A DNA stretch of 57,573 nucleotides, filler included, from Sphacelaria rigidula (taxonomy: Eukaryota): the NCBI GenBank assembly GCA_964200075.2. It is 3 parts of 3 records of this genome, joined end to end, with 100 filler letters (N's around TTAATTAATTAA, not from the genome) between each part and the next. Parts side by side here need not be neighbours in the genome. Positions count along the whole stretch, not along the records: positions 1 to 19,134 come from CAXNAA020000730.1; 2 more parts are not named here. One strand, given 5' to 3'. Shown here piece by piece: positions 1 to 12,036 of this stretch. The notes beneath the pieces are model-generated. The model had not been told where the DNA came from. It searched no databases and saw only the letters and a program-made list of their open reading frames with translations. How positions within the stretch are numbered: the stretch's first letter is position 1; each line of letters starts with the position of its first letter. The position numbers were made by a program, and so were the translations under genes.

Positions 1-50
1 CTCGCCGTCAGCGGCAGAGTAGGGGGAGAGCGACTGATGGGGACACTAAC

Positions 51-168
51 CTGAGGCAGCACGTCCGGTGGAGAGCAAGGATGCGCGGTCTGGCCTCGGG
101 AAGTCGTCCCGCTTTCTCGAACAAGGGGGTAGTAGAAGAGCATCTTCGCCGCCAGAGAGTCCCAAGTC
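51..168 (-). CDS. RPN3: RPN3 exon 2 (contains an apparent frameshift)
   Basis: Acceptor CAG at 169-171 and donor GTTAGT after 51. Reads (R)TWDSLAAKMLFYY, then in another frame LFEKAGRLPEARPRILALHRTCCLR, matching RPN3 'TLDxxAAKxYYY...LHxRLRTAxLR'. Exon length of 118 nt is not a multiple of 3. Confidence 0.75.
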
Positions 169-1092
169 CTGTTGTTGAGATGTACCCCATGTTTCATCAA
201 AATCATGAACGTGTGCGGTGGTCTTCCCCGGACAGGTTTCTCGACAAACAAATATATGTTCCAAGTACGTAGATTGCAAGTACCCCGCCCCCCCCCAAAA
301 CAAAATCACAACGGTGTTATGACTATGGCATGCATGATCATGAGTAGACTCCCCCAACATCACGTACTTCGGGAGAACGCAAAGCAAAAAATATTCGGCG
401 GGGGCCTCAACAAATGTCCGGGGGGTAAGACACAGTACTCACCTGCTATACAGTACATGAAAAGGACAGCAAACGTGGAAAATTCCACATCGAACGAAGG
501 ACCCAATTTTCAGTTTCCCGATCATTTCGACACACTCTCGTGTCTTCCTTTCTAGGATAGTCAGCAGGAGTCATCACCGCGGCGTATCTCTCTCATGTGC
601 TCTCCCTCACCCATGACAATATTGACTTTGGGACGACACGAGCATGCATCAAGGTCTGGTACGGACCCAAGAAAAATGAGCCAGAGAATAAGTGCGACCA
701 TAACTCTTACCGCATCATGTCGGGTGGAAATATACACACACATCCAGTAGCCAGCATCGTCACCGACACATGTTCCAAACGCAAGCCACTACAAAAGGAG
801 CGACTCCGTGTACCCCCTTCCCCCCCCACCCGCCGGTGCTCCGTCTCGAAAGGGATGCGTGGTAAATGGTCAAACGACCAAGGCTAGCAACAAATGAGTA
901 CGCCCCCCCCCCCCCCCCCTCCCCCCTTCTGGCGTAGTCCGGCGAAAACCCGGCATCCTCCGCCCCGGCTTCGTGGGGTACAAAGTCAATGGTCTTATGA
1001 CTACGGCATGCAACATCATGGGTGCACCCTCACCCCACCCCCCTCCCCCCCTCCCCTTCTCCCAGCCTTACTTGCCGACGGAACAAACACAC

Positions 1093-1400
1093 CTTCTGTT
1101 GAAGCTCACCGCCCTCTCCAGCAACGCCGGCGCAATCCCCACAGCATCCGCCGTGGCGCCGTGCCTCAGCAGCGTAGTTAGCGCCAGCGTGGACAAGTAA
1201 ATTTCCACCTCAGGCAGTCCCGCCGCCAGAATAGCCTCCGCGGTCGGCAGCTCGCCGGCTGCGCCGCCCGCCGGCAACGGCGGCTTGGCTGCCACTTTTT
1301 CGTTCTTGGCCGCCGGATCCTTACCGGTAGTGGCAGCGGCGGTGGCCTCGGTAGATGGTGGTGATGGCGTTGTTTCGGCGGAAGAATCATCCACATCCAT
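1093..1400 (-). CDS. RPN3: 26S proteasome regulatory subunit RPN3/PSMD3, exon 1
   Basis: ATG at 1400. Translation ...LPEVEIYLSTLALTTLL...ERAVSFNRR matches the RPN3 N-terminal motif (LPEVExYL...NRRxLD). Donor AG|GTGTGT follows 1093 (phase 2). Confidence 0.85.
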
Positions 1401-4400
1401 TTCGTCGGCGGAGGCTGGTGCTTCCCTCGCTGTGGCGTGTTGTGTTGCGTTGTGTCGGATGGGTGGATGTGTGGGAGGGAGGAGATATGTCGGGGGGAAA
1501 GATGTAGGGACACCAAGGCGGCACGAGGTGGGGCGGGACGAATATCAGTATATTCTGGAGCATCATGGAGAGGACCTACCCTGGTATACATATGAAGCTC
1601 GATGATGTAGCGGCGTATTTATGTAACACAACGTCGTTTGCGTTTCACCCCCCCCCCCCGCGTAGTTAGCTGTATACTATGTATACTTGTGTAGATGTAA
1701 CACTTTGCTTGCCTTCGCTCGGCAACTTGGCTAGCAATACAAGCAGCTTCGCCCTGTGCGGAGCATCCTCTGAAACCAGGTGCGTCAAAGTTTCGCACAG
1801 CACGTCCGCCTGAACCCCGCGCCTGATCGGAGTATTCCTGCATTTACAGGCAAGACAAGAAAAATATGTAGTGGGATAGCGTTGTGTGTTCCGGCGTCGA
1901 AACAACGAACAATAAAAATGGGCACCACAGATCCCTGAATGTAGGTGCTCGGCGCCGTCTACCCCCAAAAAGCACCCGCTTGCGTGCAATCCAATTGGTG
2001 AGACTCTTGCACACAATTTTCCTGAACGTTTTGGCATTTTTCGTACTTGAGGTCAACACTGTGGGGGAAAAATCAACACACTAAGCGTTTGACCTCAACA
2101 CCAGGGTAACCGTATCCCAAGCCTTTCAAGAGGTACACATATCGTTGTTGATATCAGTTGATCAAACCGTATGACCTTCGAAAAGCTGGACAAGCTTCAG
2201 GATGGATTTTACATGTGAACCCCTTCCCCCCCCCCCCCCCCCCTCTCACCATGACCGATTTTCATCGCCCTACCGCGCCTGCCATTCGGCACAACAACAG
2301 TGGTCGAACGACTAAGGCAAGGAACAAATGAGTACGCCCCCCGAGGTCAATGGTCTGATGACTATGGCAGGCATGATCATGAGTACACCCTCCCCTCTCA
2401 CCCCCAGTTCTCCCCGTCCACCCCTCGTGTCGCAGATTTACTCTCTTGTCGTTTTCCTACTTTCTCAAGCTTCCTTTGATGGGTGCTCCCGCTCGCGTCT
2501 ACCTTAGGACTAATGCGCGATACCCCTCCCCCCCCCCCTGAAAAACAGCCCCGTAACGGTCACGAAGAAAATATCTATATCGCGCATGACAGCTCGTTTC
2601 AGACGGCATGAAGCACCTCATATGAGCAACATGGCCAAAAACGATCCCACGCATGCAAGTTCCTAGCTGCTTGGGTGTGCTCGCCTGTTGCATCTGTGAT
2701 TTACATTAGTGTTTGCCTCCTCGAAGCAGTCACTTTTTTTTTCTGGGGAGGGGGGGGAGTGTACTCGTGATTATGCATGGCATAGTCATAAGACCATTGA
2801 CCTCGCATCCTTACAAAGCCGGGACGGGGCACGCCAGGTGTTCGCCGGACCAGGGTCGCAATCAATCACCAAGCGCGAAGTACCGTCATGTGTTCGGCGA
2901 GTGACATCAAGGGTGAGCTGCACCCTGCTAAGATTGTTCGGCCTGAAGCGTATTGATTATCTTGCATATGGATTACAGCCTACAATGTGTTGCTTCATTT
3001 TCTGGTACCACCACTCTCAGAGACAGCGACGGCTTACACACTGCCTCATGGGTGTCTCACCATGTAAACACTACGCAGTACGATCATCCCATTTGCGGGG
3101 AGTTGAGGTTCTCCCACCCAGCACAACATGATATAACTCGACCACCATCATGGTTATCGCAAAAAAAACGCAAGCGCGGAAAAAAATCGGCAACCTGGTT
3201 GCCTAGCTTAGGCAATAGGTGGCGTGTTTTACAGTGTCATCGCCAAGCGACGCCAACCCCATCGGGGGTCCCACCCTATAAATTCGGGACCAGGCTAATT
3301 TTTCTGTGTGTGGGGATTCTATCACGGCATTAGTCTTGAGTGCGCCTATCTTATGACCACTGGATTTCCTACGGAATCGATTGTCACCAAGTCCACCCCG
3401 ACTCGCCCGCGCGTCCATTCGCCACATTACCTACTGATCGCCCTCGTCGTTAGCCGGGCCACGCTGGTTTCCACCGCTCGCACTATCAAGCCCACGTTGC
3501 GAGTGATATCCTTCTCGGTGATTGGCGCAGGGCCCGCCACACGCTTTGTCGCATCCTCGCTTGCCATGACCGAAGTCGAAACAATGTGTCGCACAAGGGG
3601 GACAAACTAACAGGACGCGCTTCCCCCCCGAATTGCTTGTTTTAGCCCCTGCTGAAAAGGAGACCAACGAGCAGGGAGAACGCATATGTGTTGAAGCCCG
3701 GAGCCTTAGCCTAGTAATTCTGCTCGGCCAGGCATGGAAGCTCGTCGCTAGTTGGAGCTCTAGCTAGGCGGGCCTCTCGTGGGGGTGTTCGCAAACGTTG
3801 CTGGCTGATTCTGTTGGTGAAGCGTGTATATAGACCATCTCTTTCGACAAGGGTCCCTGAGCGCTTACATGTACGTCCACACAGTGGATCTTTTCCAGAA
3901 TCGACGACGTTGCATACAGGACTACCCATCAAATTGCTTCATATTGATAAGCATATCGATCAACGTGCTGGAACCTATAGGGTTGGGTTCAACGATGGCA
4001 CGATCACGATCGCGCTACCCGGCCGCGGGTCAGAACGGGCACCAAGCGAGAGTGGCGACACGGTCCGAGGAGTCAAGTGTTCAGCGTTCACCATGAGCCA
4101 ACTGAAGCCGAGTCACGAACGACAGCAGCACAACATGCTTTCATGCAGGCCATGGATCTTCGAGTCCGGAGTTCACCTGTTCATCTAGAAACTGTACTGC
4201 AACGTGTCTGTCTGAGTGCAGTGCAAAATATGCCGATCTTGGTCTCCGATGTCGCAATCCACAGACCGTAGGACGGTGGTTATCACATTTCGGCTGCACG
4301 GACATCATGAACATATGAACGCAGTGCAGTACAGCACAGAACACCCACAGTGCAGTATTGTCTTTCAATAGAGTATGGCACAGGCATAATCTTCCCATTG

Positions 4401-5110
4401 TGCTGCGGTGCTGCTGTGTACAGTTGCAAGGAAAGTGACGCTTTCCTCGTGCTTCTTGTGCACCGTACACGGCAGGAATCTGGAGACTACAGACGGTGCA
4501 CTTAAGCGCTATCGTGCAGTAACTCGACAGTAGTACTATATATGATAAGCCATTCCCTTGCCGGAGCTTTTTGCCCTCTTTTAGGAACAAAAATGACTAC
4601 AGCCAGAAAGTGGCAGCCAGCAAAGACCTGCTCATTGCCTACCACCAATTAGTGCGCGGTAGTGCAAACAAGCTAGCAAACCTGGAAACATTGCACTGCA
4701 CTGTTTGAGCTGGGCATGGTACAATCAGCAAAGCACATTGGCATCCATCGTGACGGTGTTGTCTCTACTGAAGCACACAACAGGAGCGAGGCCGTATCCG
4801 GCACCCACAGAAGACGGACAATCTTGGGCACGATTCGATGGAAATCTTGAAATATAGCACCGACAACACAACGATACGAAGCAACCAGCGCATACCTGTG
4901 CCAATTTTTCGAAGAAACAGGTGGTAGGCTCCGAACAACGTGCTCAGCAACAGCAGCAGCAGCAGTAGGCGACTTTCCCTGCTCGCTGGGCTGGCGAGTT
5001 CCTCAGACGTGAGAGCATGACAATGTGATGTTGTATGCATTAAATGATGACCAAAATGAATTATATTTTGAGCGGCGCCTTCTCTACTCTGATATCCAAA
5101 CGTCGTTTAC

Positions 5111-5412
5111 ATGTCGAGCTTTGTGACTGCGCGTCGCGCCACCTCGGTTGTCATCGCGACGAGTATTGCCCTATTACTTCTTCTGGAACAGGGATCGTGT
5201 TTTCGCCTACGGTATCGTCGAACACTTAACATTGCTATGATGGGGAAAAAAAAGGGAGGCAAAAGTAATACAGGCACAGCAAAGCCGCGGCAGAAAAAAG
5301 GATCGTTGTCTCCCGAACTCCGCGTTGGGGACGGCACCGAGAAAGAGAGCGAGCCTGCCCGTGACCTGGGTTTACCGCGTCTTGTGGTGATGGATCTCGA
5401 CTTCACGCTGTG
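5111..5412 (+). CDS. MDP1: Magnesium-dependent phosphatase 1-like HAD (subfamily IIIC), exon 1, with signal + transit-like presequence
   Basis: LPRLVVMDLDFTLW is HAD motif I (DxDxT) as in MDP-1. Donor TG|GTACGT, phase 2. Confidence 0.85.
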
Positions 5413-6017
5413 GTACGTTTAAAACATGTTGACGGTTGCGCAACGACCTGTAACTGACAGTGTAGATACTATCAATAGTACCGTACGGTGCCAACACCAC
5501 CTCAGCAACCCAACCGTCATGGATCAATTACGTCATTCCCGTGAAGTCAGCTGCACGTCTGTCAAGGGTGTTGAGAGTGTTCCCACGCACGTTACCACCT
5601 CAGAGGGGAAAGTTTACATCGACTTAATGCCCTATGTTTTGCTTCGGGTCATTCCTCTGACATCCCATTCATTTGACCGCCTAGGTGAGGCCCTAATAGC
5701 TTGTGTAATTTCCTTTATCGCAGACGGAACAAGGTACCCCGTATTGCTGTCGCAGGCGGACTTGAATGCTCCAGGAACCTGCCGTTGGGAACGGTCGTTC
5801 TAGCGGTACGCTTGCTGCGAAGCCGCGCTCATGCGTAGAGGTGCCGTGCATATTTGCAGCAGACATTCCTCGTTGCGGTACGGGGATAACTTCCGAAATG
5901 TGCGATAACCACTCCCAAAACACAAAGTGTGCTCTCAAACATGGAGGTGTCACTTCAGACTTCAACAACCATTGTGGACCCATCTTCGAACAGGCACATT
6001 GTGGGGTTTCCCCTTGA

Positions 6018-6513
6018 GGCCGTGTCTTAGTACATCATTAAAATTAACGACGATGGTTGAAATGACGACCTATCATATCGGGATTTTTGTTCTCCACCTC
6101 ACGTTTTCGATCTAAAACAAATGTGCTAAGACACTCCCTTGGCACATCGTACATCATTGTTGTTCGATTGGAAAAGTGCGGTGGAAAACAAACATTCCGA
6201 TCTAAGGCCAACTCTTATTGGAGCGTTTAGAATTTTATTTTGCAAGAATTTTAAACGACTTTTTTTTTCTTTGCCGTGGTTGCGTATTTTGTGCCCGTTC
6301 ACCATGATGACAAAGAAAAAAAAACTCCTCTGAAATTATTGCAAAATAAAATTACAAACGCTCCCATAAGAGTTGGCCTAATAGGTCATGATTTCAACCA
6401 TCTTCAAAATAAACCACGATAGTTGAAATCATGACCTGTCAGATGAGAGTTTTCTTTGTCCACCGCACAGTTTCGATCGTTTCGATCGAAAAGAAATGTG
6501 CTAAGACACGCCC
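6018..6513. mobile_element. Host MITE (Harbinger-like) containing the nested 173-bp MITE
   Basis: Termini GGCCGTGTCTTAGTACAT / ATGTGCTAAGACACGCCC with TGA/TAA flanks. Extra terminus copy at ~6121-6138. Internal GATGGTTGAAAT..GACCT subrepeats in both orientations. Confidence 0.6.
6206..6378. mobile_element. Tourist/PIF-Harbinger-like MITE, 173 bp
   Basis: ~45-bp imperfect TIRs (GGCCAACTCTTATTGGAGCGTTT... / ...AAACGCTCCCATAAGAGTTGGCC) flanked by a TAA duplication (6203-6205, 6379-6381). Confidence 0.8.
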
Positions 6514-7556
6514 TAAGTGCGATGTACTGCGAATCGAATTGAATCGCGCGCGAGTTGAACCCCGCATCAGTCCGATGTGCTCCAGTCGCTAGGAAACTGC
6601 ATTCCGGATTAGTTATCATCCCCACCAATATCCACCGCGTTAAAATGGGTTCCACCCTTCCTGGAAGGACCGCACACGAGCGGGAGACCCTCTCTGCACT
6701 CGGATTTTGCTAATTTTGTAGAGGAAGCGGCTCCACCTCACATGGTGGCTGCGTCATACGGGATAGTGCAGAACATTATACACAATTTTGTTAACATTGT
6801 ACTTCATCCATACGGACGCCACGCACTACTGCGAAACATTAAGTGGGCACAAGCTTTTAGCCCTTCGACCTCCAGCCCCTCTCAGGTCGCCCAATATCGC
6901 TCATGGTCAAATTCGGCTTCGAGTCTTCTGTTTTTCAAGTGCCACATCACGCCTGTTTTTCTGAACAAGTTGATCGTGAGTGCTTGCATGGAAATTGGTA
7001 CATCAGGGCACCTGGCCTTTTTTTCTGGCCAAGCCACGTGTGTTTACTTTTCGGTATGGCGAGTAGGGGGTACATACCGTCATGCGCAAGTGGTACACGC
7101 TAGCTAGCACTACCACTGCAATGTACTCAAGCAAGATCTCTCTGCCTTACTTGGGCAGTCCTCGACCTTTCATGGCGATATTAGCGCACCTCCTGAATGT
7201 TTAGATTTACGCTGCATTTCCTTGATCATCTCGACTATACTCCATGATACCGCACTGGTGCTGTACAGTACAGTGTACCGCACAGACACGGGTTGTTTCA
7301 TCAGCAACTAAGTGCAACAAACAGTACAAACATCACTACAGAGGTGTCCTTGTTCTCCACTGCACACGGTACAACATTACACGCGGGTTTCATCTCTATT
7401 CAGTCAGCGTTTCACAGCAACCACTAACAGTGCGCAGCTCTTGACAGCACAGAGAGGAGGTAGATAGGTAGCAAGGATTGGCAAATATAAAAAAACATCC
7501 TTTTGTTTTGTGTGTCTATCGTTGATGATCAAAAAGTCGACTAAAGCTTAACCTCC

Positions 7557-7797
7557 GACACTTTCTACGATAGCCTCTCCCCCAAACCAGCCGAAAAATG
7601 TCACGAAAAAAATGGTCATACACCGCCTGATGTTTGCGTTTAGGCTGCATGAAGCGCCTCATATTGCGACCGAACTCAAGGATGGGAATTCCCAGCTGCT
7701 CGTTGTGCTTGGCTTTTTCCATTTCGAGTTACGTAAATATTTTGCCTCCCCAAACCAGGCACTTTGAGGGCGGGGGGGGGCTATCGTATAAAGTGTC
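7557..7797. mobile_element. MITE with 19-bp TIR and possible 4-bp TSD
   Basis: GACACTTTCTACGATAGCC and GGCTATCGTATAAAGTGTC are inverted (18/19). CTCC lies on both flanks. Confidence 0.55.
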
Positions 7798-9998
7798 CTC
7801 CAGGTGAGCGGTATTTAGCGATTTGTAGGGGAACTTGGATCATTGCACCAATCAGAACTATCAAAATGACCACCCCACCACTTTGACTACCTGCGGCCAG
7901 GTCTCGAAATTCCCTGGAATTGCGCACGGTTGATGTGGGTAGCATTTGCTGACGATCGGGAAATCTGCACGCTCCCGCATCAAGAAGATTGAAATGCCTG
8001 GACTGTCAGCATGTTAAAATATTCCGAAACGATGCTGCAGGTGAAAGGGTCGATCCTCTCTGAACTGTTCCCTCGCATCCCCGGGTCAGACGCCTCACAG
8101 TTTACCGACGCCCATGTTCGCAAAAGAACGACAACAAGAGCATCTACGACGATATGAGATGCGCAGACGAAGCAGGCACCACGCTGTGATCGAGTCAGTT
8201 TGGGTTCATAGTAAGAAGCACGCTCTGGGTGAAGGATGGCCAATCATTTTGGCTTACATAACTCGTCAATTGCAGGCCTAGAATCTCTTTTCGCAATTCG
8301 TCATCTTCACTGGCCTCGGTTCCTTTGTCCAGCGCGTCACGTTCGTGTCGTGACCCTCGGCACGGTCACCTCGTATACCATGACCTGAAAAATCGCCACG
8401 CCTCATGCAGCACTCGACTGAACATGTCTTGTTTGTTGAGTAAGTGATTCTCATGCCGTGGTTGTTTGCACATGAAATCCCCGCGTGTCTAAGCGATATC
8501 CAGTTTTGACGGTATTCGTGCTCTTGTTGAAATCTGTCGTCCACTGCGTCGTTCGTGGTGAAGCCACCGATGATGCAATCGAGCGGTGTTGGCATGCTCA
8601 AAACAACGCTGAAAGCGGGAAAATGCCCCCAAATCTCAGCTCACAGCTGCGGCTGTGGATGCTTGCCACGATAATCCAAAGCACCATTCCATTAACGCTG
8701 AAGTCCCACTTGCAGGTTGTGTTTCGTTCCCACTACTATTGTACGTTGTGTATGATGTTTGTGCGGTGTGCTAATGATGGTGGTTGTACTGTCTTGACGC
8801 TTCGCGGAAGCGGGCGACTGGAGCTGGGCGTGTACGAATCTACCGTGCCATTGTGCGCCTGGATCTACGGACTTCCCGAACTCATTAGCCATGGATGACA
8901 CGCCCAGCTCTTTTTTGCGTGCACGGGATTGAGAACCCCGCATTTCGGCGAATATATACGATGAACAGAAAGGAGATTGCCGACCGTACCTGCATGAAAA
9001 AAAGACGAATAGAAATCGTCAGTGTAGCTGTGCACAGTTTCGGGTGGGTTCATATCTTGATCGTGAGGATGCCTACTGTACCAACATTGTTTCCCACTTC
9101 CTTTGTATGAAATCAGCTTCAACCTCGAATTTAGCCCTCCGTTCTTCGGCTAAATTTCTTACACGTGAATAATTGCCATAATCTTTTTCTAATTCACGTG
9201 TTTTTTTAGAGCAAGCTGCGTGTGTACAGTGTCTGTGCTGCCCAGGATGTGTAGCCACCTCCCATAATCCGCACGCATCCCAACCGAGCCTAGCCACACA
9301 CCAACACATTGTCAGTCAGCCAGCCGGCAACGCTTACACTACGCCAAACACGCGCATGATATCGCTTTTGCGGGAGACGGGTGCCGAGCCGCGCTTTTTT
9401 TGCCCCAACCGTACCCAAACTCAATCCGAAGACACATTGATACATCCCTATAAATATCAATACGCACGTTCTGGCGCATGCGAGGGCGCCGACTGAGAGC
9501 TTCGGACAAGCAAAGGCAGGCATGCAAAAGGACACATACTACTTTACTCCCTGTTCTCATGTGTAGGGAACACACTACAATACGGCATTCCATCACACTG
9601 ACCTCGCACATTTACTCATCCATGAGAATCCGGGACCCCGAGAAGCCCGTGAAAATGGGAGCAGTCTCATCAACACAACTCTGGTGTCGCAATCGTATTG
9701 CCGCTGTTCTGTTGGTGTCTTGTTGGGTGTAGCGCCACCCGAGGCGAGTGAAGGAGTGGACCGTGTGTGACAAATCAACCAACAAGCACTGATATCTTGA
9801 GACACCTTGTGGCCACATTTCTACTACACCTCTGATTCGTCGTGATCCAGCGGAAGCCATGAGCCCTCGGCGACGCGTTTTGTTTGTGGACATGTTCAAC
9901 TTTCACCTCTCTGTTACTACTATGCATTACCGCGTAAAGGGCGCCAAAATGGTGTCATGCTCCCTTCAAAACCCCATCTGTCCCGCCGTGCCGAGCAG

Positions 9999-10184
9999 GG
10001 AACCGGAGCTGTATCAAATGCGCGGGTCGCCCTTCGGGAAGGGCAAGGATGGTAAGGTACGGGATCGAAGCGGCACCGTGATCGACCTATTTCCTGGCGT
10101 GCGAGAAATACTGCTGGCCGTACATCGAGACGAACGCTTTCAGGGCTCGGAGCTAGCCATAGCATCTAGGACCGAGCATAGCAG
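9999..10184 (+). CDS. MDP1: MDP-1-like phosphatase exon 2
   Basis: CAG|G completes the Trp codon. Reads EPELYQMRGSPF...IDLFPGVREIL...LAIASRT (motif II, ASRT). Donor AG|GTGCGT. Confidence 0.85.
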
Positions 10185-10485
10185 GTGCGTGCCGGCGTTT
10201 TGTGCGATGCTGCTACAGTGCGCGCGTGACATTATTGGTCCTCACTGCGAATATGTCTGGTATCGTACTTACTATACTGTAGGCACTGCGGTGATGGAAT
10301 ACTTTATCGTGTTATCTTTGGTAAATGACGTTACGAACTAAATACCGCCAAGCTCACAGTACGCCATATATATTTCTCTTGGAAGTAAGTGCTGACCCTG
10401 AGATCTGTGGAGGGCCGGCCCTTGGCTTCGCTGCATTTGAACCCACATTTCTCCTCCCGTCTCCCTTGGACAATTGCTGCAAAAG

Positions 10486-10714
10486 TTGGGCGCGGGAAGT
10501 GATGGATTTACTGGAACTAGAGCCCGGTGTCCGGATGCGTGATGTTTTTACGCCGCGCTTGTCGGAGATTTATCGAGGGACCAAGGTACGACATTTCGAA
10601 GAATTGCGCAAGAGTTCGGGAGTGCCCTATGAGGACATGATCTTCTTCGACGATTGGGACCAAAACTGCAAGGAGGTTGGGAGGCTTGGGGTGACTTGCA
10701 TCGAATGTCGACGG
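10486..10714 (+). CDS. MDP1: MDP-1-like phosphatase exon 3 (terminal exon not identified)
   Basis: Phase-consistent AAG|T. Reads WAREVMDLL...EIYRGTKVRHF...PYEDMIFFDD...N..EVGRLGVTC (motif III Lys, motif IV FFDD). Donor GTGAGA. Confidence 0.85.
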
Positions 10715-12036
10715 GTGAGAGTTTTCAAGGGTGGCGCTCTTCGGGACATGGTGTTTCTGCACACTCAAGAACACTCGTCGTCACACATGATTATCTGGTG
10801 ATGGTGCGCTTCGGGGGGTCTCGTCGCTGTAGAAACAGGGAGGGTGCCAGGCTCCGTTTTTCTGCGATTTTTGCTACTCTATATACGTTTCCTGCCTGTT
10901 GTCTGGGCTTTTCTCATTTTTGTTTTTGTCTGATTTCTAACAACACACGGAGGGTGTCTCTGGTCGGTTGGACCAGCTATCGAGCAGAGATCGGGACCAT
11001 TTTTAACGTGAAGACACCAACAACGCCCCAAACGAATTGTCGCTTTACAGTACGGGTCCCCGAACACCCAACTACGCCACCAAACGGTGATGGGGAGAGC
11101 TATCGCCAAATGAAACCAAATCGCTTCCAGTGTCAAGCTTGTCGCGATCCCGCAACCTCCTTGGCCACCGCCGTTGGTTGTACACCCTCTTTCTCCGCGG
11201 AGATGCGGTTCTCAAAACCAAAGACCTCCTTGACTACCAATTCGCGCTAAGCAACACTACAGCAAGGTACGTCTGTATACAATGATTGCAGCCGTCCATC
11301 TCGCATGTACACCATGTTCTCCGAGGATGGCGATCTGAGCGAGGGCGGGCGTAGCCTTTAGCGCCTGTTCAAATTCCAGCGAGCGAGGCAACAAAATTTC
11401 AGTCGAGCCACGCGGGACCTTTGACCACCGCCGAAACAGAGGATGGTACAGCAACGGTTGGGTGGCGATGGCGAATTTCGGGGGGTGTGGTCGCCGTGGG
11501 AACAGTTTGGGGCGCGCGGTACAGGCGGTGAGAATCGTCAACAGATGCTAGAATCAAAGTGCTATGCGACAGGCACAGATGGCACCATCCCCAGAGACCC
11601 TCCCTCCCCCTCCTTCTATCGGGCGGCGCCTATAGGGACATTTCATCGCGAAGCAACAGAGGAGGGTACAGGAACGGTTGGCTGGTGATGGCGCATTTCA
11701 TTAGGGTTTTCACAGGGTCGGGAATCTGGCACCTTTGCGCGTCGCCCTACCAATGGAGTATTCCGGTTGTTTATTGTTTTGATCGTCTTGAGCCAGAGGC
11801 CGGGTGTGGACACGACCAGTCCGCGGTTTGGAAAGGAATAAACTCACCGTCGTGTTGGTTTCCACGCCCAGCGTATTCCGAGCCGCAGCCACGGCCATCG
11901 CCCCCAAAGGCACCCCTTTCTCCTTCCTTCTATCCCTTCTTCCTTCGCCTCCTCGCGCCATCGCTCCCTGCCTTCATCTGGGCGCTGGAACGCAGAGGGG
12001 ATCGGACGTCACACGGCGTCTGACAAATCGATGTAT

